DNA of 64,000 bases, taken from Acidimicrobiia bacterium. GTDB taxonomy: Bacteria; Actinomycetota; Acidimicrobiia; Spongiisociales; ZC4RG35. Each line of letters begins with the position of its first letter. The stretch's first letter is position 1. A model generated the notes under the pieces. It searched no databases. It was not told where the DNA came from and worked only from the letters and a program-made list of their open reading frames with translations. Positions 1-8,534 of the stretch are shown one piece after another. The position numbers were made by a program, and so were the translations under genes. The DNA is taken from contig DASVBU010000021.1 of assembly GCA_036375695.1 (NCBI GenBank), forward strand, positions 27,329 through 91,328, read 5' to 3'.

Positions 1-745
1 CGCCAAGGCCCTGTCCCTGGCGATCGACCGGGAGGAACTGACCCGGGTCGGTTATGGCGTCGCCGGTAAGCCAACCTGCAACGTCTGGCCTTCCCCGCCG
101 GCAGTGTCCACCACGCACGACTGGTGCTTGACCCAGGACATCGATCAGGCGAATGCCATCCTCGATGGTCTGGGCTACATGGACACCAATGGCGACGGGA
201 CCCGTGAGCATCCGGAGTTCGGCGAGTTGATCTTCGACTTCAACACGTCGACCAACGGCGTCCGCCAGAGCTTCCAGCAGCTCATCGAGTCCTACTGGGG
301 GCAGATCGGAATCGGCGCCCGGATGCGGAACACCGATGCCAGCGTCTACTTCGGCAACGAAGACGGTGCTGACAACATCAACCGGTTCGTCGGCGACATC
401 CAGATGTACACCTTCGTGCCGCTGCCGGGTGGGCAGTCCCACTTCGCGCAGTACACGACTGCTGAGATCACGGGTGCGTTCAACAACTACGGTGGGTCGA
501 ACCTGGTTCGTTACTCGAACCCCGAGTTCGACGCTCTCTTCGATCAACTGAGCACCACCACCGATCAGGATGAGCGCAACGAGATCATCAAGCAGCTGAG
601 TGACCTGGTCGTCGGCGACGGCGCGGTGATCCCGCTCGTCTGGCGTGCTTCCGCCTCTGCGTTCAAGAACGACATCAAGGGCTACGGCACGCTCAACGGC
701 TGGGACTCCGAGCTCTGGAACATCGCGGACTGGTATCGCGAATAG
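1..745 (+). CDS. ABC transporter substrate-binding protein, family 5 (peptide/nickel DppA/NikA-like), 5'-truncated by window edge
   Basis: Reading frame is open from position 2 upstream of the track ATG at 104 (AKALSLAIDREELT...); C-terminal region typical of SBP_bac_5; followed by DppB/DppC-like permeases. Confidence 0.7.
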   Translation, partial: AKALSLAIDREELTRVGYGVAGKPTCNVWPSPPAVSTTHDWCLTQDIDQANAILDGLGYMDTNGDGTREHPEFGELIFDFNTSTNGVRQSFQQLIESYWGQIGIGARMRNTDASVYFGNEDGADNINRFVGDIQMYTFVPLPGGQSHFAQYTTAEITGAFNNYGGSNLVRYSNPEFDALFDQLSTTTDQDERNEIIKQLSDLVVGDGAVIPLVWRASASAFKNDIKGYGTLNGWDSELWNIADWYRE

Positions 746-840
746 CCCAGAGGTTGGTCTAGTCCCCCAATAGAGGTGCGGAGGGCCTCTCAGGGTCACC
801 TGGGAGGCCCTCCCGCTCCCGCCTACGAGCCGAGGAGACC

Positions 841-1860
841 ATGGGCCGCTACGTGATACGTCGCCTCTTGCTGGCGATCCCGACCGTGATCGCGATCGGG
901 TTCGTCATCTTCGCCATCCTGGATCTGGCGCCGGGCGACCCCACGTCCAACCTGCCCCTCAACATCCCTCCGGAGACCCGGGAGCAGATCCGACGCGCCC
1001 TCGGTCTCGATCAGCCCTTCGTCATCCGATGGCTCAAGTGGATGCAGCTCATGTTCATCAACGAGCCGCTCCACATGATCGAGTCGATCTTCAACATCTG
1101 CATCGGCGACTGCGAGAACCGGGTCCGCATCGTCTCGTGGGCCGGCAGGGCCCCTGCCCTCGACATCATCTGGGGCCGTCTCCCTCAGACCCTCTGGGTC
1201 CTGGGCACCGCCTTCATCATCGGGATCCTCATCGCGGTCCCGACCGGCATCCTCTCCGCCTACAAGCAGTACTCGTGGTTCGACAACGTGGGGACCTTCT
1301 TCTCCATGGTCGGGTTCTCCGTGCCCACCTTCTTCACCGGTCTGGTGGCGATCGTGATCTTCGCCGTCAACCTGAGGTGGTTCCCGTCGATCTACGACAC
1401 GACCCACCACGTCGACTGGACCGACTGGAACAGCATCCTGATCCAGATCAAACAGATGATCATGCCGGTGGCGGTCCTGTCTCTCTTCAACGCCGCCGCC
1501 CTGACCCGTTTCACCCGCGCCTCGGTCCTCGACAACCTCAACGAGGACTACGTCCGCACGGCGCGCTCCAAGGGTCTCGGTGAGCGGCCGGTGGTGACGG
1601 TTCACGTGTTGCGCAACAGCATGATCCCGGTGGTCACCCTGATCGCCCTCCAGATCCCGGGCATCTTCGCCGGGGCGATCATCACCGAGCAGATCTTCCG
1701 GATCAACGGTCTGGGGGCGCTGCTGATCACCGCCATCGGCCAGTCGGACGTGCCGATGGTGCAGACGCTGACGTTCATCTTCGCCGTGCTCATCGTGGTG
1801 TTCAATCTCGTCGCCGACGTCACGTACGGCCTGCTCGATCCGCGGATCCGGTACGACTGA
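841..1860 (+). CDS. ABC transporter permease, DppB/OppB/NikB-like
   Basis: N-terminus MGRYVIRRLLLAIPTVIAIGFVIFAILDLAPGDP is the classic DppB signature; multi-TM; good SD (gaggagacc ATG). Confidence 0.85.
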   Translation: MGRYVIRRLLLAIPTVIAIGFVIFAILDLAPGDPTSNLPLNIPPETREQIRRALGLDQPFVIRWLKWMQLMFINEPLHMIESIFNICIGDCENRVRIVSWAGRAPALDIIWGRLPQTLWVLGTAFIIGILIAVPTGILSAYKQYSWFDNVGTFFSMVGFSVPTFFTGLVAIVIFAVNLRWFPSIYDTTHHVDWTDWNSILIQIKQMIMPVAVLSLFNAAALTRFTRASVLDNLNEDYVRTARSKGLGERPVVTVHVLRNSMIPVVTLIALQIPGIFAGAIITEQIFRINGLGALLITAIGQSDVPMVQTLTFIFAVLIVVFNLVADVTYGLLDPRIRYD

Positions 1861-1871
1861 GAGGAGGGATC

Positions 1872-2810
1872 ATGTCGACCACCCAGGAGCGTCTCGACGT
1901 CGAACAGGCGGCCACTGCGACCCCGGAGAGGTACCGCTCCCTCCGTTCCGACGTTTGGCGCCAGTTCCGCCGTCACAAGGGCGCCATCGTCGGTCTCGCT
2001 CTCATGGCGATCGTGGTCTTCGCCATCCTGGTCGGCCCGTTCCTGTGGGGCGGTGACGGTGTCACCCCCGACACCCTCAACGCCAACAAGACGCCGTCGT
2101 GGGAGCACCCGATGGGGACCGACAACCTCGGTCGCGACGTGATGGCCCGGGTCCTGGTCGGTGGTCGGATATCGCTCGCCGTCGGCGTCACCGCCATGGT
2201 GGTGGGGATCACCCTGGGCACGAGTGTCGGTGTCCTCTCCGGTTTCTTCCGCAAGCTGGACGGTCCGCTGATGCGGCTCACCGACCTGTTCCTGGCGTTG
2301 CCCGTCCTACCCCTGCTCCTGGTGGTGATGATGCTGTTCCGGGAGCCGCTGACCGAGACGTTCGGTCAGAACGCGGGGATCTTCCTCCTGGTGGTGAGCA
2401 TCATCGGCGCCACGTCCTGGATGACCACCGCCCGGGTGGTCCGCGGCCAGGTGCTCACCGTGAAGGAGAAGGAGTTCGTCCTCGCGGCCAACAGCATCGG
2501 GACGCGGAAGCGGAACATCGTGATGCGGCACATCCTCCCCAACGTGCTCAGCCCCGTCATGGTGGCGGCCGCGCTCGGAGTCGCCCAGGCCATCATCACG
2601 GAGTCGGCCTTGTCGTTCCTCGGTCTGGGATTCCCGCCCAGCTTCCCCACCTGGGGACGTCTGCTCTTCGACGCCAAGGACTACCTGCCCACCAACCCGT
2701 GGCGGGTGATCTGGCCGGGCATCATGATCTCGCTCACCGTGATCTCGGTGAATTTCATCGGCGACGGTCTCCGGGACGCCCTCGACCCGAAGCTCCGCAG
2801 CAAGAGCTAG
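1872..2810 (+). CDS. ABC transporter permease, DppC/OppC/NikC-like
   Basis: Binding-protein-dependent transport permease fold; directly follows the DppB-like gene; GGAGGG SD. Confidence 0.85.
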   Translation: MSTTQERLDVEQAATATPERYRSLRSDVWRQFRRHKGAIVGLALMAIVVFAILVGPFLWGGDGVTPDTLNANKTPSWEHPMGTDNLGRDVMARVLVGGRISLAVGVTAMVVGITLGTSVGVLSGFFRKLDGPLMRLTDLFLALPVLPLLLVVMMLFREPLTETFGQNAGIFLLVVSIIGATSWMTTARVVRGQVLTVKEKEFVLAANSIGTRKRNIVMRHILPNVLSPVMVAAALGVAQAIITESALSFLGLGFPPSFPTWGRLLFDAKDYLPTNPWRVIWPGIMISLTVISVNFIGDGLRDALDPKLRSKS

Positions 2811-3913
2811 AGCACCTTCTCCATTCGCTCCAGGATGGCCAGCAGCGTCGCCTCGTCGGTGGCGAAGTTGAATCTGGCGTGGCCCTCGCCACCCGGCCCG
2901 AATGGGAGACCGCCGCTCAGGGCCACCCGCGCCTCGTCCAACAGCACCGCGGCCGGGTCGTCCCACCCGTAGTCGGTGAAGTCGAGCCAGGCCAGGAACG
3001 TGGCCTCGGGCAGATGCATCCGCACCCTGGGAAGACGCTCGTCGATGAAGGAGGCGAGGAGGTCGCGGTTGTGCCGGAGACGCATCAGGACCTCGTCGAG
3101 CCATCCCTCCCCCTCCGCATATGCGGCGGCGCCTGCGATCAGCCCGAAGGTGCCCACCCCGATCTTCTCCGGGGTGAAGTAGTCGCGCCAGAATTCGAGG
3201 TCGCGGTCGTTGGTGAGGACGACCTGGGCGCACTTGAGCCCGGGAAGGTTGAACGCCTTCGACGCCGAGGTGATGGTGATGACCACATCGGGGGCGAGGG
3301 GCGCGGCCATCGTGTGGCTCCGCCCGTCGTAGAGGATGGCGGCATGGATCTCGTCGGCGATGACCCGGGCCCCATGCCGGGCCGCCACCGACACGACGTC
3401 CGAGACCTCGTCGACGCTGAGTGCCCGGGCCACCGGGTTCCACGGATTGCAAAGGACGACCGACCCGGCACCTTCGGCGAACGCACGATCCAGCCCGTCG
3501 ATGTCGATGCGGAAGCCGGCCTCCTCTTCGATGGAGGGCACCTCGATCACTTCGCGCCCGGCGCGCTCCACCATGGAGTAGAACGGGAAGTAGACAGGTG
3601 GGTGGAGGATCACCGGGCTCCCCGGCTCGGTGAGATGCATGATCGCCCGCCGACCTGCCTCGATGACGTCAGGGGCCGGGAACACGCCGGCCGGATCGAT
3701 GTCCGCGCCGAACCGCCGCTTCCAGAATCCCGTCGCCGCGACCGCGGCTGCCTCCTCGAGCCCGGGGTACGGGTATCCGGTGTCGCCGAGGTCGACGGCC
3801 TCGTGAAGCGCTTTGCTCACCGGCGGCGCCAACCCGAAGTCCATCTCCGCCACCCAGGCGCAGAGAACGTCCGGCTCGTAGTAGTTCCATTTCAGGCAGG
3901 GGCGGCTGGTCAT
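2807..3913 (-). CDS. MalY/PatB-type PLP-dependent aminotransferase / cystathionine beta-lyase (class I/II)
   Basis: 368 aa; WNYYEPD...AEMDF N-terminus and overall aminotransferase I/II organisation typical of PatB/MalY C-S lyases; convergent with dppC, stops overlap. Confidence 0.75.
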   Translation of the reverse strand: MTSRPCLKWNYYEPDVLCAWVAEMDFGLAPPVSKALHEAVDLGDTGYPYPGLEEAAAVAATGFWKRRFGADIDPAGVFPAPDVIEAGRRAIMHLTEPGSPVILHPPVYFPFYSMVERAGREVIEVPSIEEEAGFRIDIDGLDRAFAEGAGSVVLCNPWNPVARALSVDEVSDVVSVAARHGARVIADEIHAAILYDGRSHTMAAPLAPDVVITITSASKAFNLPGLKCAQVVLTNDRDLEFWRDYFTPEKIGVGTFGLIAGAAAYAEGEGWLDEVLMRLRHNRDLLASFIDERLPRVRMHLPEATFLAWLDFTDYGWDDPAAVLLDEARVALSGGLPFGPGGEGHARFNFATDEATLLAILERMEKVL

Positions 3914-3933
3914 GCGCCCATCATCGCGGAAGT

Positions 3934-4779
3934 TCAGGCCCCGATGGCAGATGCCGCGGTGCGGAACCTCCCGGCGATGGCGCGGCCGAAGAGGACCACG
4001 AAGAAGAACGCCACCGCGAACAGGGCGATGGTGGCGGAGCCGGCCGTGCCGGCGTGATAGCTGACGATCAAGCCCGTCACCACCGACAGGCCGCCGATGA
4101 CGACCGCCAGACCCATGATCATCGGGACCCGGCGGGCGATCAGCGATGCGGTGGCCGGGGGTCCGACGAGCAGCCCGAAGACGAGGAGGGTCCCCACCGT
4201 TCGGAAGGAGCCCACGATCACCAGGGTGATCAGTGCCAGCATGACGAAATGGGCGAGACGCGGTCGTAGGCCCAGGAGCCGGGCCTTGTCCTCGTTGAAG
4301 GAGAGGACGAGGAAGGGGCGATGGAACGCGATGGTCGCCACCACCGAGAGCCCGGCGATGAGGGCGAGGAGCACGATGTCGCCCCTCGTCACGCCGAGGG
4401 TGTCACCGAAGAGGACCGCCGCCAGCGTTCCCGCATAGGCGGGCGTGATGGAGAGGAGGATCACACCGAGGGCGAGCATCCCCACGAAGAGGAGGCCGAT
4501 CCCGGTGTCGTCTCCGAAGGACGTGCGGCTCCGGACGTAGTTGATCCCCAGGATCATCATCAGCGCGGCCCCGGCCGCCCCGATGAGCGGGTTGAAATCG
4601 AGGAGGACAGCGAGGGCGATCCCGGGGATGACGCCGTGGACGAGGGCGTCGCCCAGGAACGCCATGCCCCGGATCACCACCCAGGTGCCGACCAGGGCGA
4701 GAGCCATCGCGGCGAGGACGCCCGCCACAAGGGCTCGTTGCTGGAAGGCCAGCGCGAAGGGTTCGGTGAGCCAGTCCAT
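3934..4779 (-). CDS. znuB: metal (Zn/Mn) ABC transporter permease, ZnuB/TroC family
   Basis: 281 aa polytopic; ABC-3 family sequence; immediately downstream of a ZnuA-like SBP gene. Confidence 0.8.
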   Translation of the reverse strand: MDWLTEPFALAFQQRALVAGVLAAMALALVGTWVVIRGMAFLGDALVHGVIPGIALAVLLDFNPLIGAAGAALMMILGINYVRSRTSFGDDTGIGLLFVGMLALGVILLSITPAYAGTLAAVLFGDTLGVTRGDIVLLALIAGLSVVATIAFHRPFLVLSFNEDKARLLGLRPRLAHFVMLALITLVIVGSFRTVGTLLVFGLLVGPPATASLIARRVPMIMGLAVVIGGLSVVTGLIVSYHAGTAGSATIALFAVAFFFVVLFGRAIAGRFRTAASAIGA

Positions 4780-4788
4780 GAGGGCAAG

Positions 4789-5676
4789 CTATCCGCTGGC
4801 CGCCCGCGCGATCTCGCGGGCGTTGTGGCGGAGCAGATCGACCAGCGTCGGAGCAGGGCCGCCGGGGCCCGTCAGCGACTCGGTGTGCAGCGTCACCACA
4901 TCGACCCCTCCCACCTCCGCGGCGACGGTCCGGGCGACATCGTCGTTGCGGGTGGCGTCGACGAAGATCGCCGGCAGGTCCCGCGAGCGGATCAGCCGAA
5001 CGAGCTCGGCGAGGTCTCCCGAGCTGGGCGCCCCCGTGGACGAGCCCCCGGGGATGACGGTGGCGAGGACGTCCCACCCGTATCGGTCGGCGAAGTAGCC
5101 CATGGTGGCGTGATTGGTGACCAGCACCCGACGGTCGGGGGGCACCGCCTCCAGTATCCCCTCGATCTCCACATGGACGGCACGCAGCCGCTCGGCGTAG
5201 GCCAGGGCACGCTCCTCCCAGCCGACCTCGGGGTCGATCCGGGAAAGCTCGCCGGCGACCAGCCCGGCAGCATCCGCCATCCGGAGCGGATCCATCCAGA
5301 CATGGGGGTCGAGGCTGTGATCGTCACCTTCGACCACCTCGATGGGATCGAGGAGGGGTGCGACCTCGAACACCGCCACACCGTCGGCGGCCACGGATTC
5401 GAGGACGCCGGCCAGGGCCTCTTCCAGACCCAGGCCGTTGGCCACGACGAGGTCGGCCCGGGCCATGGCAGCCACCTGTGCCGAGGATGGCTGGAACTCG
5501 TGGGGGTCGGCGCCCGCAGGGATCAGGACCTCGACGGTCGCCCCGTCGCCGACGACGTTCGCCACGAGGTCGCCGAGGATGTTGGTCGTGACGACGATGC
5601 GCGGCTGGCCCGCGCCATCGTTGCCGCATGCCGCGACCAGGAGGGCGAGGACGATGGTGGCGGTTGCCCTTTTCAT
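4789..5676 (-). CDS. znuA: metal ABC transporter substrate-binding lipoprotein, ZnuA/TroA family
   Basis: Start moved to ATG at 5674-5676 (MKRATATIVLALLVAACG lipobox). The track's first 10 codons start at TTG and translate an AT-rich operator region. Acidic/His-rich stretch typical of ZnuA. Confidence 0.8.
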   Translation of the reverse strand: MKRATATIVLALLVAACGNDGAGQPRIVVTTNILGDLVANVVGDGATVEVLIPAGADPHEFQPSSAQVAAMARADLVVANGLGLEEALAGVLESVAADGVAVFEVAPLLDPIEVVEGDDHSLDPHVWMDPLRMADAAGLVAGELSRIDPEVGWEERALAYAERLRAVHVEIEGILEAVPPDRRVLVTNHATMGYFADRYGWDVLATVIPGGSSTGAPSSGDLAELVRLIRSRDLPAIFVDATRNDDVARTVAAEVGGVDVVTLHTESLTGPGGPAPTLVDLLRHNAREIARAASG

Positions 5677-5687
5677 CTCGATACCTA

Positions 5688-5712
5688 TAATGAGAATCGT
5701 TATCAACTAGAT
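5688..5712. promoter_or_regulatory. AT-rich divergent promoter/operator between znuA and zur with a candidate Zur box (ATGAGAATCGTTATCA) and a perfect TATAAT
   Basis: About 45 bp island of <40% GC in a 70% GC genome; imperfect palindrome resembling actinobacterial Zur boxes (TGAAAATCATTTTCA-like); coordinates approximate. Confidence 0.4.
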
Positions 5713-5725
5713 TATCACGAACAGA

Positions 5726-6169
5726 GTGACCGTCGCCAGCCACCATCGCCAGGTCGAGAGCCGTCTCGCCGAGTCCCAGGTCCGCTATACGAAGGGGCGG
5801 CGGGCGGTGGTCGATCTCCTCGCCTCCGCCGAGGGGCCCCTGGGCGCGGCCGAGATCCACGAGCGGCTCGAGGGTCAGGTCCCGCTCTCGTCGGTGTATC
5901 GCACCCTCTCGGTCCTCGAGGAGGCCGGCGTGCTCATCCCCCACTTCGCCCAGAAGGGCCTCACCCGGTACGAGCTCGCCGAATGGCTTCGGGGGCACCA
6001 CCATCATCTCGTGTGCGTCGTCTGTGGCGGCGTCGAAGACTTCACCCTGCCCGAGAGGTTGGAGGCGGAGATGGACCGCATCGTGCGCGACATCGGCTCC
6101 CTCGCCCGCTTCCGGGCGGTCAACCACTCGCTGGAGATCGAGGGGAGGTGCACCCGGTGCGACGCCTGA
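5726..6169 (+). CDS. zur: Fur-family transcriptional regulator, zinc uptake regulator (Zur)-like
   Basis: 147 aa; winged-helix N-terminus; His-rich HHHH then CxxC...CxxC metal-site motifs; divergent from znuA and followed by znuC; GTG start. Confidence 0.75.
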   Translation: MTVASHHRQVESRLAESQVRYTKGRRAVVDLLASAEGPLGAAEIHERLEGQVPLSSVYRTLSVLEEAGVLIPHFAQKGLTRYELAEWLRGHHHHLVCVVCGGVEDFTLPERLEAEMDRIVRDIGSLARFRAVNHSLEIEGRCTRCDA

Positions 6170-6924
6170 ACGGTGTCGCGGTCCGGGCCCGCGACCTGGT
6201 CCTCGGCTACGGCTCGTTCGTCGCAATCCGCCAGGCCACGTTCGCCATCCCTTTCGGGACCCTCACCGCGGTGATCGGCCCCAACGGCTCGGGGAAGTCC
6301 ACGCTGCTCAACTCGATCGCCGGGCTGGTCACACCGATGGCGGGATCCATCGAGGTGGCGGTGCCGCCGAAGCGGATCGCCTACGTGATGCAGTCGACAA
6401 AGGTTCCGGAGGCACTCCCGGTGTCGGTGCGCGAGGTGGTGACCATGGGTCGCTATGCCACCAGCGGGCCGGCGCGGCGTCTCACCGCGGAGGATCGCCG
6501 GGCCGTCTCCGATGCCATGGAGCGTCTCGGGATCACGGACCTGGCCCACCGACAGATCAGCAAGCTCTCCGGCGGCCAGCGTCAGCGGGCCTTCGTCGCC
6601 CAGGGTCTGGCACAGGACCACGACATCCTGTTGTTGGACGAGCCCCTGACGGGGATCGACATCACCACGGCCGGCGCCATCGACGAGGTGATCCACCACG
6701 AGATCGAGGAGGGCTGTGCGGTGGTGATGACAACCCACGATCTCACCGAGGCGGCCGTGGCGGGGCACGTCATCCTCGTCTCCGGAGGAGTGGTGGCATC
6801 TGGCCCACCTGCGGACGTGCTAACGGCGGAGAACTTGCGTCGTGCCTACGGTCCCGCGCTCCTCCATGCCGGCGAGGATCGGGTCTTCCTCGACGACCCG
6901 GCGCACTTCCCCGTGCAGGAGTAG
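6157..6924 (+). CDS. znuC: metal ABC transporter ATP-binding protein, ZnuC-like
   Basis: GTG start at 6157 in the same frame as the 867-aa track ORF, whose upstream part is artefact. Walker A GPNGSGKST, LSGGQRQR signature, Walker B LLLDEP; overlaps zur stop by 13 nt. Confidence 0.8.
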   Translation: MRRLNGVAVRARDLVLGYGSFVAIRQATFAIPFGTLTAVIGPNGSGKSTLLNSIAGLVTPMAGSIEVAVPPKRIAYVMQSTKVPEALPVSVREVVTMGRYATSGPARRLTAEDRRAVSDAMERLGITDLAHRQISKLSGGQRQRAFVAQGLAQDHDILLLDEPLTGIDITTAGAIDEVIHHEIEEGCAVVMTTHDLTEAAVAGHVILVSGGVVASGPPADVLTAENLRRAYGPALLHAGEDRVFLDDPAHFPVQE

Positions 6925-6935
6925 GGGACTTGCCG

Positions 6936-7037
6936 CCCCCTAACCCCCCGGCTCCGGCACCGGACGGGTTCCCCCTACCCCCGGCTCCGCTCCGCTTCGC
7001 CGGCGGTACCTTCCCCCAGCCTGGCTGGGGGACTAAT
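6936..7037. repeat. GC-rich hairpin repeat element, copy 1, with two CCCCCTA(A)CCCCCGGCTCCG sub-repeats
   Basis: Core CGGCGGTACCTTCCCCC-(loop)-GGGGGACTAATC; recurs at about 10004, 10090, 41848, 43041, 63888 and 63954; lies between convergent znuC and the ECF ATPase gene. Confidence 0.7.
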
Positions 7038-7770
7038 CATGGGCCAGGGTGAAGCCGTACGGCAGCTCCAGCCGATGCTCCGCCAGGAGATCCGGCCTGG
7101 AGAGCAGTTCCGGGGTCGGCATGTCGACCACGACCCGGCCCCCGTCCATCACCACGGAACGAGGGCAAAGCTCCAGGGCGAGCGGGAGGTCGTGGGTGAT
7201 CACCACCATGGTGACGTCGAGAACGGACAGCGTCTCGATGAGGGTGCGTCGGCCGGCCGGGTCGAGACCGGAGCCCGGTTCGTCGAGGACCAGGATCTCC
7301 GGGCCCATGGCAAGCACCGTCGCCAGGGCGGCGAGACGCTTCTCACCACCGCTGAGATGATGCGGAGGCCGACTCGCCAGATCGGAGGCACCCACCCGGT
7401 GCAGGGCCTCTTCGACCACCGCGTCCAGGTCCCGGCCACGGACACCGAGATTGGCCGGGCCGAATGCGACGTCGTCGGCGACGGTGGGCATGAAGAGCTG
7501 GTCGTTGGGATCCTGGAAGACGAGACCGACCCGACGGCGGATCTCCGTCACGGTGTCGTCGGTGAGTGACACACCCCCGACGAGGACCTCTCCAGAGGCG
7601 CCACGGAGGAGGCCGTTGAGATGGAGGGCGAGCGTGGTCTTGCCGGCGCCATTGGGACCGAGGAGCGCGACCCTCTCGCCCTCGGCGACCGTCAGATCGA
7701 CACCCCGCAGCGCCTCCCGCCCATCCGGGTAGGAGAACCGGAGACCGCGGACTTCCAACACAGGGATCAC
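7033..7770 (-). CDS. cbiO: ECF transporter ATPase (CbiO/NikO, EcfA-like)
   Basis: Walker [18 protein letters not shown] signature, Walker B ILVLDEP; start chosen at GTG at 7768-7770 (VIPVLEVRGLRFSY) giving a GTGA overlap with cbiQ; stop codon lies inside the repeat element. Confidence 0.8.
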   Translation of the reverse strand: MIPVLEVRGLRFSYPDGREALRGVDLTVAEGERVALLGPNGAGKTTLALHLNGLLRGASGEVLVGGVSLTDDTVTEIRRRVGLVFQDPNDQLFMPTVADDVAFGPANLGVRGRDLDAVVEEALHRVGASDLASRPPHHLSGGEKRLAALATVLAMGPEILVLDEPGSGLDPAGRRTLIETLSVLDVTMVVITHDLPLALELCPRSVVMDGGRVVVDMPTPELLSRPDLLAEHRLELPYGFTLAHD

Positions 7771-8531
7771 GAGCCCACCAACGCCATCACCGCCACAACC
7801 ACGGCCACCGTGGGTGCGACCAGGGCGACGAGCCACTGGGTCCTCGTGGCCCGTCGCCGCTCCAGCACCGGCATCTCACCGGTGTAGCCACGGGCCATCA
7901 TCGCCGAGTGGACCCGCTCCCCCCGCTCGTACGCCCTGACGAACAGCGCCCCGGACGCGGACGCGATCGGCCGGGCCTGCCACAGCCATCTCGCGTCGTG
8001 ACCACGAGCAACCATCGCCTGGCGCATCCTCGACATCTCGTCTGCGATCAGCTCCAGGTAACGGACCATGAATCCGGCGATGGACACCAGCACCGACGGA
8101 GCCTTCAGCGTGCGCAACCCTTCGAGGATTCTCGACACCTCGGTGGTGGCCACCAAGACGATCGCCGCCCCCGCACCCAGGGTGGTCTTGGCGATGATCC
8201 CCCACGCCGCCCACAGCCCGTCGCGGCTGACCGTCACCCAGCCCACGTCGACTCGCTCCCCAGACCCGACCAACGGGACCATCAAGGCGAGCAGGATGAA
8301 CGGGAGGGCGCCGGTCAACCGGAGTATGAAGAAGCGAAGCGGGATCCGGCCGACCACCAGAGCGACCGCCAGGATCACTGCGTAGACGGCGAACGCCCAG
8401 ACCTGGCGTGGCGGTGTCACCGCCACCGACAGGGCGAACAGGAGCACCGCCGCCACCTTGGTCTCGGGCGGGGCGTGATGGAGGGCACTGTGCTCGTGGA
8501 CGTAGAGGGCGTGGGCGTGGCCGGCGCCCAC
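7767..8531 (-). CDS. cbiQ: ECF transporter transmembrane T component (CbiQ/NikQ)
   Basis: 254 aa polytopic membrane protein between the CbiM and CbiO homologues. Confidence 0.8.
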   Translation of the reverse strand: MGAGHAHALYVHEHSALHHAPPETKVAAVLLFALSVAVTPPRQVWAFAVYAVILAVALVVGRIPLRFFILRLTGALPFILLALMVPLVGSGERVDVGWVTVSRDGLWAAWGIIAKTTLGAGAAIVLVATTEVSRILEGLRTLKAPSVLVSIAGFMVRYLELIADEMSRMRQAMVARGHDARWLWQARPIASASGALFVRAYERGERVHSAMMARGYTGEMPVLERRRATRTQWLVALVAPTVAVVVAVMALVGS

Positions 8532-8534
8532 GTC

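Noticed and set aside
2099-4057. 652-aa ORF on + strand spanning malY/znuB
   Set aside because: Antisense to two well-supported genes; Arg/Pro/Gly-rich low-complexity translation typical of an off-frame reading of 70% GC DNA; no motifs.
4321-6156. N-terminal about 610 aa of the 867-aa + strand ORF
   Set aside because: Only the last 256 codons (from GTG at 6157) are ABC-ATPase-like; the rest is antisense to znuB/znuA and overlaps zur in another frame.
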